DNA of 62,301 nucleotides, filler included, from Asterionella formosa (Eukaryota): NCBI GenBank assembly GCA_002256025.1. It is 22 parts of 22 records of this genome, joined end to end, with 100 filler letters (N's around TTAATTAATTAA, not from the genome) between each part and the next. Parts side by side here need not be neighbours in the genome. Positions count along the whole stretch, not along the records: positions 22,760 to 25,494 come from NKIB01014879.1; positions 25,595 to 28,330 come from NKIB01014880.1; positions 28,431 to 31,165 come from NKIB01014881.1; positions 31,266 to 34,000 come from NKIB01014882.1; positions 34,101 to 36,837 come from NKIB01014883.1; 17 more parts are not named here. One strand, given 5' to 3'. The position numbers were made by a program, and so were the translations under genes. The notes beneath the pieces were generated by a model. That model was not told the DNA's origin. It did not search any database and saw only the letters and a list, made by a program, of their open reading frames with translations. This document shows, in pieces, positions 24,082-36,740 of the stretch (positions within the stretch are counted from its first letter, which is position 1; each line of letters begins with the position of its first letter).

Positions 24082-24844
24082 TCTTCCTTAAAGTTCGATG
24101 ATCTTAAATTCATTTACTGACCCGCTGCAGTAGCAGCAGTCATAGACATATGGTCTTCTATTGCTTGCTTATTACTCCGACTACCGCTTTTCAGTTTGTT
24201 CACGATCATACAATCCTAAACTATGATGATTTACTATCCCACTGCAGTAGCAACAGTCCTGAACATATGGTGTTCTGTTGCTAGTTTACTACTCGGCCCG
24301 ACTACCCCCAATATATCACTTACTACCTGCTAATGGTACTCTGTATATATATATGATATATTGTTATTGTCATATGATGTACCGGTACACATGAAGAGCT
24401 CCCAACCAAAAAAGGGGCTTACACAATCTGCTACCAAAACCCTTGCAGCAATTGAACAATCTAAATAATTAGTTTCAACGGACGTAGAAAATATGATGCA
24501 AACAAATTTCAGAAACAATACCGGTACACGTAGTCATGGAAAACAATGATTTTCCAATTATGTATATGCGAGTATGATCATCCGAATCATATCAGATGTT
24601 CCATATCGAGAGCGCCTTTGAATTTTATTAATGTATATATTTTTACAAATTTTATTTCTATATTCATGGCATATATATTTTTGAAATCGTTCTGTCATGT
24701 TAACAAACAATGCCTGCTGGCTGCTTCATGAAAAGATATGTCGTAGTAAAGCACATGACAAGCAAAGAAAGTTTACGCAATACATACGAAAAACATTTTG
24801 GCTTCGACACATTGCGCATTCGAAGGATGGAGAATGTTTAAGGT
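24082..24844. repeat. Dispersed non-coding repeat, copy 1 (shared with 49255-50295)
   Basis: Colinear high similarity from TCTTCCTTAAAGTTCGATGAT to GGATGGAGAATGTTTAAGGT. Confidence 0.9.
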
Positions 24845-25104
24845 TCATGTTCATGACTAGATCCAAAAAGGTCATGACTGGACTAATTTGGAGACACAAA
24901 CAAGTTTTTTTTGACTTGTCTGTTTCAACTTACACCCTCTACGAAGGCGTACAAATGTGCATTCATAGAAGTGATGGCATTTGTTGAATCATCATTTCAT
25001 CCTCAGCCAGCTATCTTTGGGCTTATAATAAATTATTGTAATCAGTTCCTCGCCCTTTGTTCCTAGCATTCTCAATATTCTCAACACATCTGGCGCCTAG
25101 CAAG

Positions 25105-25494
25105 ATGAGTGCTCCTCCAGAAACTTCTCCGTCGGAATCCGACAGTGACAAGAAGAAGAAGAAGGCAAGCGAGCCGATGGCCAGCGTCTCTGATGTCCTC
25201 GGATTTGTTTGGTCACTGGGGACTCGAGTCCGGGCTCTGTTTGTGGTGGGATGCATTGCAGGCGTGGGAAATGGGATGGTCTTCCCCATCCTTGCCTACC
25301 TTATCGCCAGCTCTTTCTCTAAAGTTGCAGGTGCACAGACCAATGGCCTCGAGCAAGTTCGCAATCTGGCGTATACCTTTATGATTGTCGGTATTTATGC
25401 CTTTTCCATGGCTTGCATTCAGACCGGATGCTTGGAAATCTGTGCCCATCGAGCAACCAAATCCTTCCGGTTGCAATGGTTCCAATCATTGTTG
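25105..25494 (+). CDS. ABC transporter subfamily B (MDR/P-glycoprotein-like), 5' end
   Basis: GCIAGVGNGMVFPILAYL...FRLQWFQSLL is a typical ABCB TMD1 start. Confidence 0.88.
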
Positions 25495-25595
25495 NNNNNN
25501 NNNNNNNNNNNNNNNNNNNNNNNNNNNNNNNNNNNNNNTTAATTAATTAANNNNNNNNNNNNNNNNNNNNNNNNNNNNNNNNNNNNNNNNNNNNT

Positions 25596-27272
25596 TTACT
25601 ATCAAGTTTAGCCGGAGCCGGTCACAAGACAAAGTATGTCCGTTGCGATGACGCAGGCGAGAATACTAAACAATTGAGAAAGGTATGTGAAAATCGCGGC
25701 ATAAAAATGGAATTTACTGCCCCGCACACTCCACAACACAATGGTGTAGTGGAACACGGTTTTGTCATTGTGCGACAGAGGGCACTAGCAATGATGCTAA
25801 GTGCAAAACTAACAGATGAGTACCAAGGGCTATTATGGGCAGAGGCGGTACATACAGCTACACGTTTAACAAATAGTACAGTTAACTCAGTAACTAAAAG
25901 AAGTCCCGATGACATGTTCTACGGCGAAATGAATCCAAGAAGGCCCTACAAGTTATACAAGCAATTTGGGCGCGTAGGATGGGTTACTGCAAGACACGGC
26001 ATTAAGAAATTAGACGCACGTTCTTTCAAGTGTGTCTTTTTGGGTTATTCGGAGGACCACTCCCAAGATACGTATCGTATGTATAATCATGAGACTAACA
26101 CTGTAATCAATACACGCGATGTTAAGTGGAGTGAGTGGCATGGAACAAATGCGCCTACAGACGGACTAGGAAAAATCTACAAGGACAGTGCTAAAGAGAA
26201 AGTAGCAGTTCAACCAGAAGCTGAAGTCAATAATGATGGATTAGATGATGATTTCTACAATGAAGATTTACTACCAGAAGGTTCAGACAACAAGGAAGAT
26301 GATGACGACAAGGATAAACCAACCGCAGACACTGAAAAAGGAAAATCTACCTCAAGGAGTGATGAAATTTCTGACCTAGAAAAGAGAAATGTTTTGAAGC
26401 AACAGGCAAAGTTGGAACGAGAAATGAAGAAGTTGGACTCATCATACAATCCAACTAAAAATGTTAAATTCCCTCCAGACACTTCACTACCAAATGTGAT
26501 TGAGGAGGAAGCTTCTTTGAATAAGGAAACTGAAGTAAATTTCGTATTCAATGCAAGTTTTGCATCGGACCCAGGTTTACCAAATAGTTATAATGAGGCA
26601 ATGGTAAGACCTGATCGCAAAGAGTGGATGAAAGCTATAAAGAAAGAATTTGAAAACTTCCAAGCAAGAGGAGTGTGGAAAATAGTTAAGAGAAATGACG
26701 TGAACAAGAGAGCTCTTAAGACAAGATGGGTCTTCCGTATTAAGGAGGACGTGATAACCGGAAAGACAGTATACAAGGCACGGTTGGTTGTAAAGGGATA
26801 TGAACAGATCCCGGGAGTTGATTTTACTGAAACATTCGCTCCTGTTGCAAGTGATGCTACAATAAAAACTGTTCTGGCTGTTACTTTGTACTATGGTTGG
26901 ATAGCGGAAGCAATCGATGTTGAAGCAGCGTTTTTAAATGCTGACGTCGACGAAGACATTTATATTGGGCCCCCAGAAGGATTGACAGGGATCGATCAGA
27001 ATATACATATCTGCAAATTAATTAAGGCTATGTATGGAATTGTACAAGCTCCAAGATGCTGGTCCAAGACATTTGCGAAATGCGTCACCAGCAAGACAGG
27101 TATAACGAAAAGCGAAATAGATCCAATGTTGTTTATCTACCGTAACAACGATGGACAAATTGAAGGGCTGTTGGCAAACTACGTGGATGATGGAATTATT
27201 TGTGGTACCAGGAATGCAGTCGACTATATGAAAAATATGATCAAGGAGGATTTTAATATCACGGAAATGTGA
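25596..27272 (+). mobile_element. Ty1/copia pol: integrase plus reverse transcriptase, truncated at both ends
   Basis: Motifs RCDDAGEN, TPQHNGVVE, KCVFLGY, YKARLVVKGYEQIPGVDF, DVEAAFLN, MYGIVQAPRCW, YVDD. INT before RT is the Copia order. Confidence 0.95.
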
Positions 27273-29900
27273 ATCCTCTCAAAGCATTAAAATATATGCC
27301 TCTTTATGTGCACTGTTGATTGATGCGTGTTCAGCTCTAAATGGAGCCGCCTTCTTGAAATGAACAACTGCTTGAGTGATGATGATAGAAAGAAGCATAG
27401 CTGATGACTGAAGACAGAGCGTCTGTACAATTATAATCACATAATTACATGCACCATATCAAAACATGATCATGCTTGTTATTCCACGTCCTTTGACTCA
27501 ACTGACTCAATAATAGTCTTGTTGTTATGGAAATGGCAGATTCCTCAACCCATGAGGCCTCGTTTTGCAATCTCTCCATCGGAAGTACTCACAACGAGCC
27601 CCTGCTATCGATGGCGAGAAACGCGCCAATTGGAACTGTTCAGGACAACCAACAATTGAAATTTGCTTACAGCTTTTTGTTCAACAAGCAATTTTCCATG
27701 TTGACTTTTCTTGTTACGGAAAATGTCGAAAAATTCCTCGATACACAGCTGTTGAGCAATCTATACTAGTCATTGTATGGGCTGCTCCAACATAAAGGAT
27801 GTTGAACATCCCGATCCTTGGAATGGTAAACCTGACACCTGGAGAAAAAGAAAAGCGCGAATTCATGGTGTTTATCCATGCGCAAGAACCGGAATGGGAT
27901 TCCACTATCACATCTCACTTGGCAATCACATAAAACTGATGCACAACTCCAACACCATCATCTTGAAAGTGATACCCGGTCATTGATTTGAAATGTACCA
28001 CCACTTGAAGGCGACGTATATAATGACTGACAACTATGCCCTCTTTCAAATCCTTGTCACTTGTACATCAGGGGGGACTGCTGATGCATTCGTTGATTGG
28101 TTTGCTTCTACAACTAATATGGTCGTGGTGCAGATAACCTTGCCCTTGCTAATTTTAATGAGGGGACCAACGACTTGAAGGCGTCGTACATAACAACGAC
28201 AACTATACCCTCTTTCAAATCAACTCCCAAAATGGACGAATTCAAAAAGCTGAATCATCTAAAAATATCCAAGGCCTTTTAGGAGGGCAATCGCCATAAT
28301 GACGATTTATTATCAAAAACTTCATTTCGGNNNNNNNNNNNNNNNNNNNNNNNNNNNNNNNNNNNNNNNNNNNNTTAATTAATTAANNNNNNNNNNNNNN
28401 NNNNNNNNNNNNNNNNNNNNNNNNNNNNNNTTACAGCGACATTTGGCTTTGCGAAAAAATGTAAATAGAATTTTGAAGTATTTGCGAGACAACTGCCCTT
28501 AACGTAGCTAGTTGCCAATTTGAAATTTACTAAATATATATTATACATGATTCTGTGGTAGCTCATCTGATTTCGTACATTAGGACAATTGAGCCGGAGA
28601 AAATCGTAGGTATCAAAAGAATTGCCCTGGAGAAATTTTAACAATCGCCGCAATTACTGTCAACCAGCCAGAGGGAGTACCAGTAGCAAATATTGTTAGA
28701 ATATTGGCCTCGTCCATGTTAATTTAGCAGTTATAGTTATTCGTCCATTGCAACCATCATTGGTGATGATGGTAACAGATAGGCATCATTGTTGCACCAT
28801 GAAGCATGATTGCCCTATCCATCACCTGCAAGAAGGGCATTAACACATGGCAAGGAATAATGAAATTATGAATCAGGTCACTATAAGAAAAGATGGACAA
28901 CAATCTCCTTTAAGTATTCACTTCTACTCCACATTTCCACACCAGATATATTGGATGGAAAATGCTATTTGTATGGCTGGGTGCATCCTTTCTACACGAA
29001 GTAACAACCACCATAGCTACCAATACAACATAATTTAAGGACAAGTAAAATTTTGTTAATAAAAAGATACATATTGATAAATTTAATGTATAAATTTAAA
29101 TAATTTTTTCATCCAATCTCATCATTGTTATGGTTGAGTTGTTCATTCATGATGAACTTGAAAACAAAGTCCATTGCACACCAGCGATATTTGTGAAATC
29201 ATTATGGTAGCTTGATTATAACTGCTGTAGGACTGTATTTGAGGCATTCCTGCACAGTTTTCAACTCCGGCTTTAAAATTGTTGAGTAAACCAACAGAAT
29301 AACACCAACATGGTCAATGTGATTTTAACAAGCGTTTTTGGGCGCAAAATATTAGGGTCAGGGTTTTTGCTAATACTAGGCCTGTGGGGCCTACATGGCT
29401 TCATGGCCCCAGAAATTGCACCCAATCACACATATCAAGTGCTCCATGTGTACCTACTGTCATATGCGTATCTATCTTTATTGATATTCATTCAGGTTGC
29501 TTGCACCCCAGCCATAGCATGAGTGTACGTGCAAGTCCGTTTATTTTACCTCAAACTGGTAACGACGGACGAGACATCCTTCAAAAGAATGCCCAAACTA
29601 CCAGTACTGTACTTTAGGACATTTCTCAAGACAAATTGAAGACGTAAGCGGACATCTTGGCGACATCATGATTGTAAATGACCAATGACTGATGCTGACG
29701 GGGGCGTTCGGGACTCATCCCCGCATCACAATGCGTTGACCCAGGAGGCCCCAACTAACAATAAGTAAACGGTGGTATATAGGCATCATGGTGAGCCGTT
29801 TACACGGCCGTACCTGGTACCAAAATCATTGATTCAATTGTTACTCATTTACCGGTAAACTAAACCAAGTGGACTGTTTGCTTGGAAGCTTCGAACGACC

Positions 29901-31165
29901 ATGAATTCCTCCTTTGAACTCACCGTTGATGGAAACGACAGTATCGGATCAAGCGTCACGTGTGGGAGTCAACACTTCCTATCATCCGAGGGGAACAACA
30001 ACTCCTTGTGTGCCGACACTTGCGAGTGTTTGGAACAGTCAAATCACGAGGAAATCATTCGCGAAGTGACTCAACAAGCCAGTGCAATTGTGAATGATCT
30101 TTGTCGTTTTTCACGGGTCATGGACCCATCTAAGGAATCGGAAGTTCCTCGATTCGAGCCAAAGGAGCTGGTGCTCGGCAAACTGTTGGGTACGGGGTCG
30201 TTCAATCATGTGTACGAACTGAACCAGATCGACCTGCCTCACGAGTTTGATGCCCTCGAAATGGAGCAAGCAGTGGCCGACAAAGCAAAGGAAGGACTGT
30301 ACGCTGTCAAATTCCTCAAGAAGGAAGTTACCAACAGCATGGATTCCCATATCAATGGAGCTGCTGATCTTGTGCTGGAGGCCAAGTTTCTGGCCAATTT
30401 AAACCATCCCAACATTGTCCAACTGCATGCGCTCTCTACGGAGGGCATGTCTGGCTTTGGTCAAGACCGTGGGTATTTTCTTGTATTGGACCGACTCTCC
30501 GAGACACTCGAAAGTCGTTTCAAGTCGTGGTCGGTTCAACTCAAGGCGGCTGCCACCTCGGCGAGCAAGAAACAGCAGCTCATGGTGGACCGACTTCGAG
30601 TTGCCATGGACGTTTGCTCGGCCGTTGCTCATTTGCATTCACTTCACATCATTTTTCGAGATCTCAAGCCCAACAATATTGGAATTGACTCAAATGGGAC
30701 AGTGAAACTTTTCGATTTCGGCCTAGCCAAAGAACTGGACCCACGGGAAAAGGTCCATGACGGCTTTTATTGCATGTCCGGCAAGGCCGGAACGATGGTG
30801 TATATGGCGCCCGAAGTGGCGTTGGAAGAAACATACAATCTCAGTGCCGATGTATACTCATTCGGAATCGTTTTGTGGCAGATTCTTTCATTGAAGCATC
30901 CATTCGCTGACATGACACTCCAAGAACATCGTGTCCGTGTTGTTCTTGGGACTGCACGTCCTAAATGTTCCACAACTTGGAGCAAGGTAGTGATGTACCT
31001 GCTACGCAAGTCCTGGGCACCAAATCCATTGGAAAGGATGAAAATGAGCAGAATCTATAACATGTTGAAGGGCGAAGTGGCCCGCTGTCAACAATTTGTC
31101 AATGCTGCCCAACTTTTTTCATCAACTACTCCCATATCGCAGCCACTCCCTACTAGCAGCAACCC
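29901..31165 (+). CDS. Protein kinase (TKL-like, diatom-expanded family), 3'-truncated
   Basis: Motifs LGTGSF, AVK, FRDLKPNN, DFG, YMAPE, DVYSFG. Confidence 0.95.
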
Positions 31166-31283
31166 NNNNNNNNNNNNNNNNNNNNNNNNNNNNNNNNNNN
31201 NNNNNNNNNTTAATTAATTAANNNNNNNNNNNNNNNNNNNNNNNNNNNNNNNNNNNNNNNNNNNNACACTAGCGTATTTATTC

Positions 31284-31312
31284 GGTTTATCAGACCCAAC
31301 GCTCTACCAATG
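31284..31312 (+). promoter_or_regulatory. Putative half-tRNA primer-binding site
   Basis: The reverse complement CATTGGTAGAGCGTTGGGTCTGATAAACC reads as a tRNA D-loop plus anticodon arm (CT-GAT-AA). It lies upstream of gag, ~15 nt after the contig-initial ACA. Confidence 0.7.
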
Positions 31313-31713
31313 ACCACTTGAGATATCTTTGAATCGGAGAAGAGCGTACAGTGCGAGCGAATAGGAGCGTCGAATTCGAACCATCGAGACAAGGCGTCTG
31401 GCGTTACGTGTTTGTAATGAATTTTTCATATTCAGTATGTAGTGTCACGTGTGCGTACCGAATTTGGATGATGACGATCATTCGCAGGCGTCGGTGACCG
31501 TGTGCACTCGAGTCGTTCCGACGGGTATCCGCAGACGACCAGCGAGCGATAGCGATTGTTGCCGGAGTTGAACTGATCACTCAACGACGGCATTGGCATA
31601 ACTGTGCTGCCTGCACACAAGTACTATTCGTTACAGCGGGAATCCACTGACGACATGCGTTTGCGTTTGCGAATTACTACCATTCTCTTTTCCCAGCAAA
31701 TCCACTCATTATC

Positions 31714-34000
31714 ATGGCGAATAACTTGGTTGGAGTCGTCCACGTTCTGTTGGCAATCGGTTTTGAGGTCGCTGTCGAAAGTATGAACATCATGGTAGCA
31801 GGTATTAGCGAGTTTGAGGATTTCCGTTATCTAGTCGAAAAGGACATTCATGACATGGCGGACGAATTTGGGAAGCGTAGCGTGGCAAACGGTAAGATTT
31901 TTTTGGACTTGGACGCACAAAGAAATTGACAGGCGTTATGCATTGGGTCCAGGATAGCCATCGAGTTAACGACGTTCCGGACCACAACGATTTCAATGTT
32001 GAGATTCTGTATCAATCGTTGAGCCTTGCGCAGATCAGGAAGTCCGACATAGATCTTGTGGCTACTAATTCCATGGCTGCCGATCCGGGAAAATTCAAAG
32101 ATGAGAGGAAGTGGCCTGAGTGGGAAAAGGCCTTTATCAACTACTTGGCTGTCATTCCCGGCGTTAGCGGCATACCGTTGTCTTATGTGGTTAGAGAAGC
32201 GGAGGATCCCGAAGCTGAGGCCGATTATGGCTCATTCAACGAGCGCATGATCCATCGTGCCCCCCTTAACGGTCAGTATTACATTGCGGATGCGAGACGT
32301 GTGCATACACTGTTACTTGGTTTTCTACAGGGCGAACAGACAGAAAATTGGATTCGTTCCATCTCTCGTTATCAGGACGGTCGTAGGGACATGGTCGCGT
32401 TGAGGCGGCACTACGCTGGCGAAGGAAATTCCACATGTAGGATTGCCGACGCCAAGAAGATTCAATTGTCCCTCCACTACAAGACAGAGCGTGCGTTACC
32501 TTTTAACAAGTTTTTGGGTTCACTCCAACGTATGTTCACGATTTTCGAAGAAGAGAACAAGCGTTTGTCCAAGAGAGCGAAAGTAGACAAGTTATTGTCC
32601 AAAGTGCAGAGCTCCGGCTTATCTGCCGCAGTCGCTCAACTCAGATACCAGCTCAATACAACCGGTATTACCTTTACCATTGCAGCGAACCATTTAAACT
32701 CTGAGGTGTCAAAAACGCCTGATTATCAGCTATCCAGACGAATTAACACAACAAACACAACCAGCCGTGGCGGACATTGTGGCGGAGGCCGCGGCGACGG
32801 TCGTGGCTTCCAGGGTCGCGGTGCCGGCCGCGGCGGGCGCAGAACCACTCCACAGAAAATCACTTACTACTCAGCAACAGAATGGGAAAAGCTTTCATAT
32901 GAGGAGCGTGATCAAGTCCGAAAGGAACGCGACAAGAAAGGAGAGCAAGGCGGATCGAAGCATACCATTTCCGACATGACAACAAAGCAAATTGCTCCCG
33001 CCATCATCAGTTCTATCAAAGCAGCAGCACTTAGCGACTCCGGAACATGCGATGACGACAAGTCGGAAACGCCGAAGAAGTCAAACGCCGGCAATTCTTT
33101 TGGTGAACGTGAAAGCGCAAAACGAAGCAAAAGCGATCGACTTGAGATAGCGGCATATCGTTCTTCTCATCGGAAGCCGCTCCCGCCTCACCAATTATCT
33201 ATAGCTGCACTTACACAACTAACCCAGCGCGCTGCGAAATGTGAACTTGACTCTCACGCTGACACCTGTGCTCTTGGCTGTTATTTTGTACCTCTTTACT
33301 TTACAGGACGTGCCTGCGATGTCATTCCATACAACGCAGGTGCTTACGAACCAGAACGAGACATCACTATTATTTGCGGAGCGACAGCATTTACTTGCCA
33401 ACAAAGCGGAGAGACCTTCATTTTAATTATCAATGAGGGACTTTATTTTGGCGACAAGCTTGAACACAGCCTCCTCAACCCTAACCAATTGCGATTTTCC
33501 GGGGTGGTTGTCAATGACAATCCTTTCGATAAAGCGGCACCGCTGTTAATCTCAACAACGGAAATCGATATTCCGCTGCAGATCAGCGGAACAAACATCT
33601 TCTTGGAGACTACCACTCCCACCCAGCGTGAACTTGATACTTGTACTCACATTCATTAAAACTGCGACACCGAATGGAATCCACAGACTGTCAACCTTTC
33701 CCTCATACAATCTGTGGAGGCGGAGGACATGATCGGCGTCGAGCCTTTCTTGTCCCAAATATCGTCCATCAACTGCTTCAAGAAGATGGCGGAGGCTTTA
33801 AGTGATGTTCGATACATTAAATCAACCCAAGTGGACGTACCAGCCACCAGGACTTTTGTTTCGTCGGACCGGCATGCTCAAGTGAATTAGAGACACTCAG
33901 CGAAAGGTGGAATATCGGACTGATTCCAGCGAAACAGACCCTAGAGGTCACCACTCAGAAGGGCATTCGGTCAGCAATACTCCCATTGAGCAGGCGGTAC
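31714..34000 (+). mobile_element. CoDi-type Ty1/copia gag-protease-(integrase N-terminus), pseudogenised
   Basis: Gag GIPLSYVVRE, RGG-rich segment, protease ELDSHADTC, and LSERWNIG...TTQKGIR..PLSRRY. Frameshift in the T-run ~31900, stop at 33657, further lesion ~33890. Confidence 0.88.
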
Positions 34001-34100
34001 NNNNNNNNNNNNNNNNNNNNNNNNNNNNNNNNNNNNNNNNNNNNTTAATTAATTAANNNNNNNNNNNNNNNNNNNNNNNNNNNNNNNNNNNNNNNNNNNN

Positions 34101-34222
34101 GTAGCCGAAAAGGAGCGTATCTTTCTGGACGCGCTTCAGTCCTACGATGCCACTGGAAGGCAAATGCTCAAGGATGACGAGTTTGACCTATTGAAGGAAG
34201 ATTTGCAATGGAACGGATCTGA
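34101..34222 (+). pseudogene. PGRL1: PGRL1-like gene fragment (near-identical to 48921-49042 minus)
   Basis: Encodes VAEKERIFLDALQSYDATGRQMLKDDEFDLLKEDLQWNGS, then abruptly diverges. Confidence 0.8.
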
Positions 34223-34573
34223 GCATAGCTATATATAGCTAAAACAAGGAAAGACGACATGACAATGAACGTGATGGCTGGTTGTTGAGGATACCGGTAT
34301 GTGATATGCATCAATCCATATCACAAATCATATTATAGTGATGTACATATCAACGCATCCGTATACTTAGATCCTATCCACTGTATAATACTATCATATT
34401 TACTGTTGACTTTAACTGTATATATTAAACGACAAACATATATATTAATTAACATACTTTATGATTGCTTGATTTATATTCTGTGATGTATCGATAACAC
34501 TTGCGTACATATTTTATCGTATTTTATTGTCATTCTTGTACTATTTTTACATGATCATATTTTGATCAAAATT

Positions 34574-34837
34574 ATATCATATATATTTCATAAAATCATC
34601 ATAATTTTAGGATCAATGTATCATAGCTATGTGATGTACTTTATTCAATATTACGTATCATACTTTGGTGATGTATGCATCGATGTAACCTTATCATGAT
34701 ATCATATCATATATATTTCATAAAATCATCATAATTTTAGGATCAATGTATCATAGCTATGTGATGTACTTTATTCAATATTACGATTCATACTACTTTG
34801 TTGATGTATGCATCGATGTAACCTTATCATGATATCA
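34574..34837. repeat. ~130-bp AT-rich tandem duplication
   Basis: ATATCATATATATTTCATAAAATCATCATAATTTTAGG starts at 34574 and 34704. Confidence 0.88.
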
Positions 34838-35416
34838 CAGTATCATCTTGTCAATCATGATGAGATGATTGGGAAGCAACTGTATTCTGCATCGTGCTAC
34901 GGGGTATATTATTATATCACGCAATTTAGTAGCGAAGTCACTCCGCCTGTAATGTACTACAGTCGACAGTGCACATACCGGGTACCGGTACTCAAACGCT
35001 AATCAGGTTTGAGGCAACGGACAGTGGTTCGAACTAGTGAATGATGATACGGTACCAATTTTTCCAACGAAAGAACTTGTCTCTCTATTGATGAGGATGA
35101 CACGGACATGGACACCGACTTTTTCAGGAGCAAACAACAATGAAGAGACCCACTTGTCGCTCTATTGATGTTAACAAAGATGCGGACAAGTTCAACAGTG
35201 AATACAAGAACAACATACCAATGAAAACAAGTCGACAGTGTGTGTACGCACATGCCAAGCAGGTTTGAGGCAACGGACAATTCCAACAACAAGCAAATGA
35301 TGATACAGATATCAAATTCTTCCTACGAGCAAACAACAATGAAAAGAGCCACTTGCTTTCGCTCTCTTGATGGTATCAAAGATGCGGACAAGTTCAATAG
35401 TTAATTCAAGAAGTAC

Positions 35417-36435
35417 AGTATGCCAAATGCAGAAACGAGCGAGCGATATGAAAATGAAATGCGTTCTAATCAGAATCATTCTATAACTAGTATAGCTATG
35501 TGGACAGTAGTCTGTTACGCACATTTTCGTATCTCCTTCTATGCTGAATCGAAATAGTAGATGTAGTATCATGTGAGAATTGAAGTATGCCAAATGCAGA
35601 AACGAGCGAGCGATATGAAATGAAATGCATTCTAATCAGAATCATTCTATAACTATAGCTATGTGGACAGTAGTCTGTTACGCACATTTTCGTATCTCCT
35701 TCTATGCTGAATCGAATTAGTAGATGTAGTATCATGTGAGAATTGAAAATTTCAATGAGAACAAGTACCGGTAGGATGTGTTTGTTTACGGGTTGATTGG
35801 CGAGATTGTCATGCTGAAGTGGACGAAACGGATATACTTTGTGCGCAAAATCGGAAGTTGGTAGGGCTTATAATGTCGTTTATTTCTCCGTTCTGAATGA
35901 TTGGACCATTAATAGCAGCAGCATCATGATCTAGCCACACTAGTGAAGTAGCTACCGGTAGTACCTTGTCAGAATCATTCTATAACTAGTATAGCTATGT
36001 GGACAGTAGTCTGTTACGCACATTTTCGTATCTCCTTCTATGCTGAATCGAAATAGTAGATGTAGTATCATGTGTGAATTGAAGTATGCCAAATGCAGAA
36101 ACGAGCGAGCGATATGAAATGAAATGCATTCTAATCAGAATCATTGTTCTATAACTATAGCTATGTGGACAGTAGTCTGTTACGCACATTTTCGTATCTC
36201 CTTCTATGCTGAATCGAATTAGTAGATGTAGTATCATGTGAGAATTGAAAATTTCAATGAGAACAAGTACCGGTAGAATGTGTTTGTTTACGGGTTGATT
36301 GGCGAGATTGTCATGCTGAAGTGGACGAAACGGATATACTTTGTGCGCAAAATCGGAAGTTGGTAGGGCTTATAATGTCGTTTATTTCTCCGTTCTGAAT
36401 GATTGGACCATTAATAGCAGCAGCATCATGATCTA
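35417..36435. repeat. Nested repeats: ~167-bp units inside a ~500-bp tandem duplication (35470-35933 / 35969-36435)
   Basis: GCTATGTGGACAGTAGTCTGTTACGCACATTTTCG occurs four times; block offset is 499-502. Confidence 0.92.
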
Positions 36436-36740
36436 CTAAACTATCAAGGAATAAACCATTATCATAGTCATCGGCATCAAAACAAACTGTTTGAACGAAA
36501 TCAATGGCTGCTGGCGATTGTTTCAGGAATTTTGCAAGGGGGTCTTGAGAGTGGTGTTGTCCATCTCTTCGAGAAGTCGCTACCATTGATGATGTCTGCG
36601 ATGCTTGAATCTGAGATTGAATCATATCTTGTTGCCCACACGAGGGGCTGTGTCTGTGATGACCACGAATTGATTTAAAAGGACCTTTACCACAGAATTT
36701 ACATTTGTCCTCGTCGTTATTGTCACACAGATCCATGATA
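36311..36740 (-). mobile_element. Short ORF with CxxC..H..C zinc finger, possibly the N-terminus of a DNA-transposon protein (Plavaka/CMC-like)
   Basis: KCKFCGKGPFKSIRGHHRHSPSC; embedded in repeat-rich context. Confidence 0.35.

Noticed and set aside
31895..31930. Programmed frameshift in Copia gag at a T-run
   Set aside because: It lies early in gag of a copy with several other lesions; a homopolymer indel is more parsimonious.
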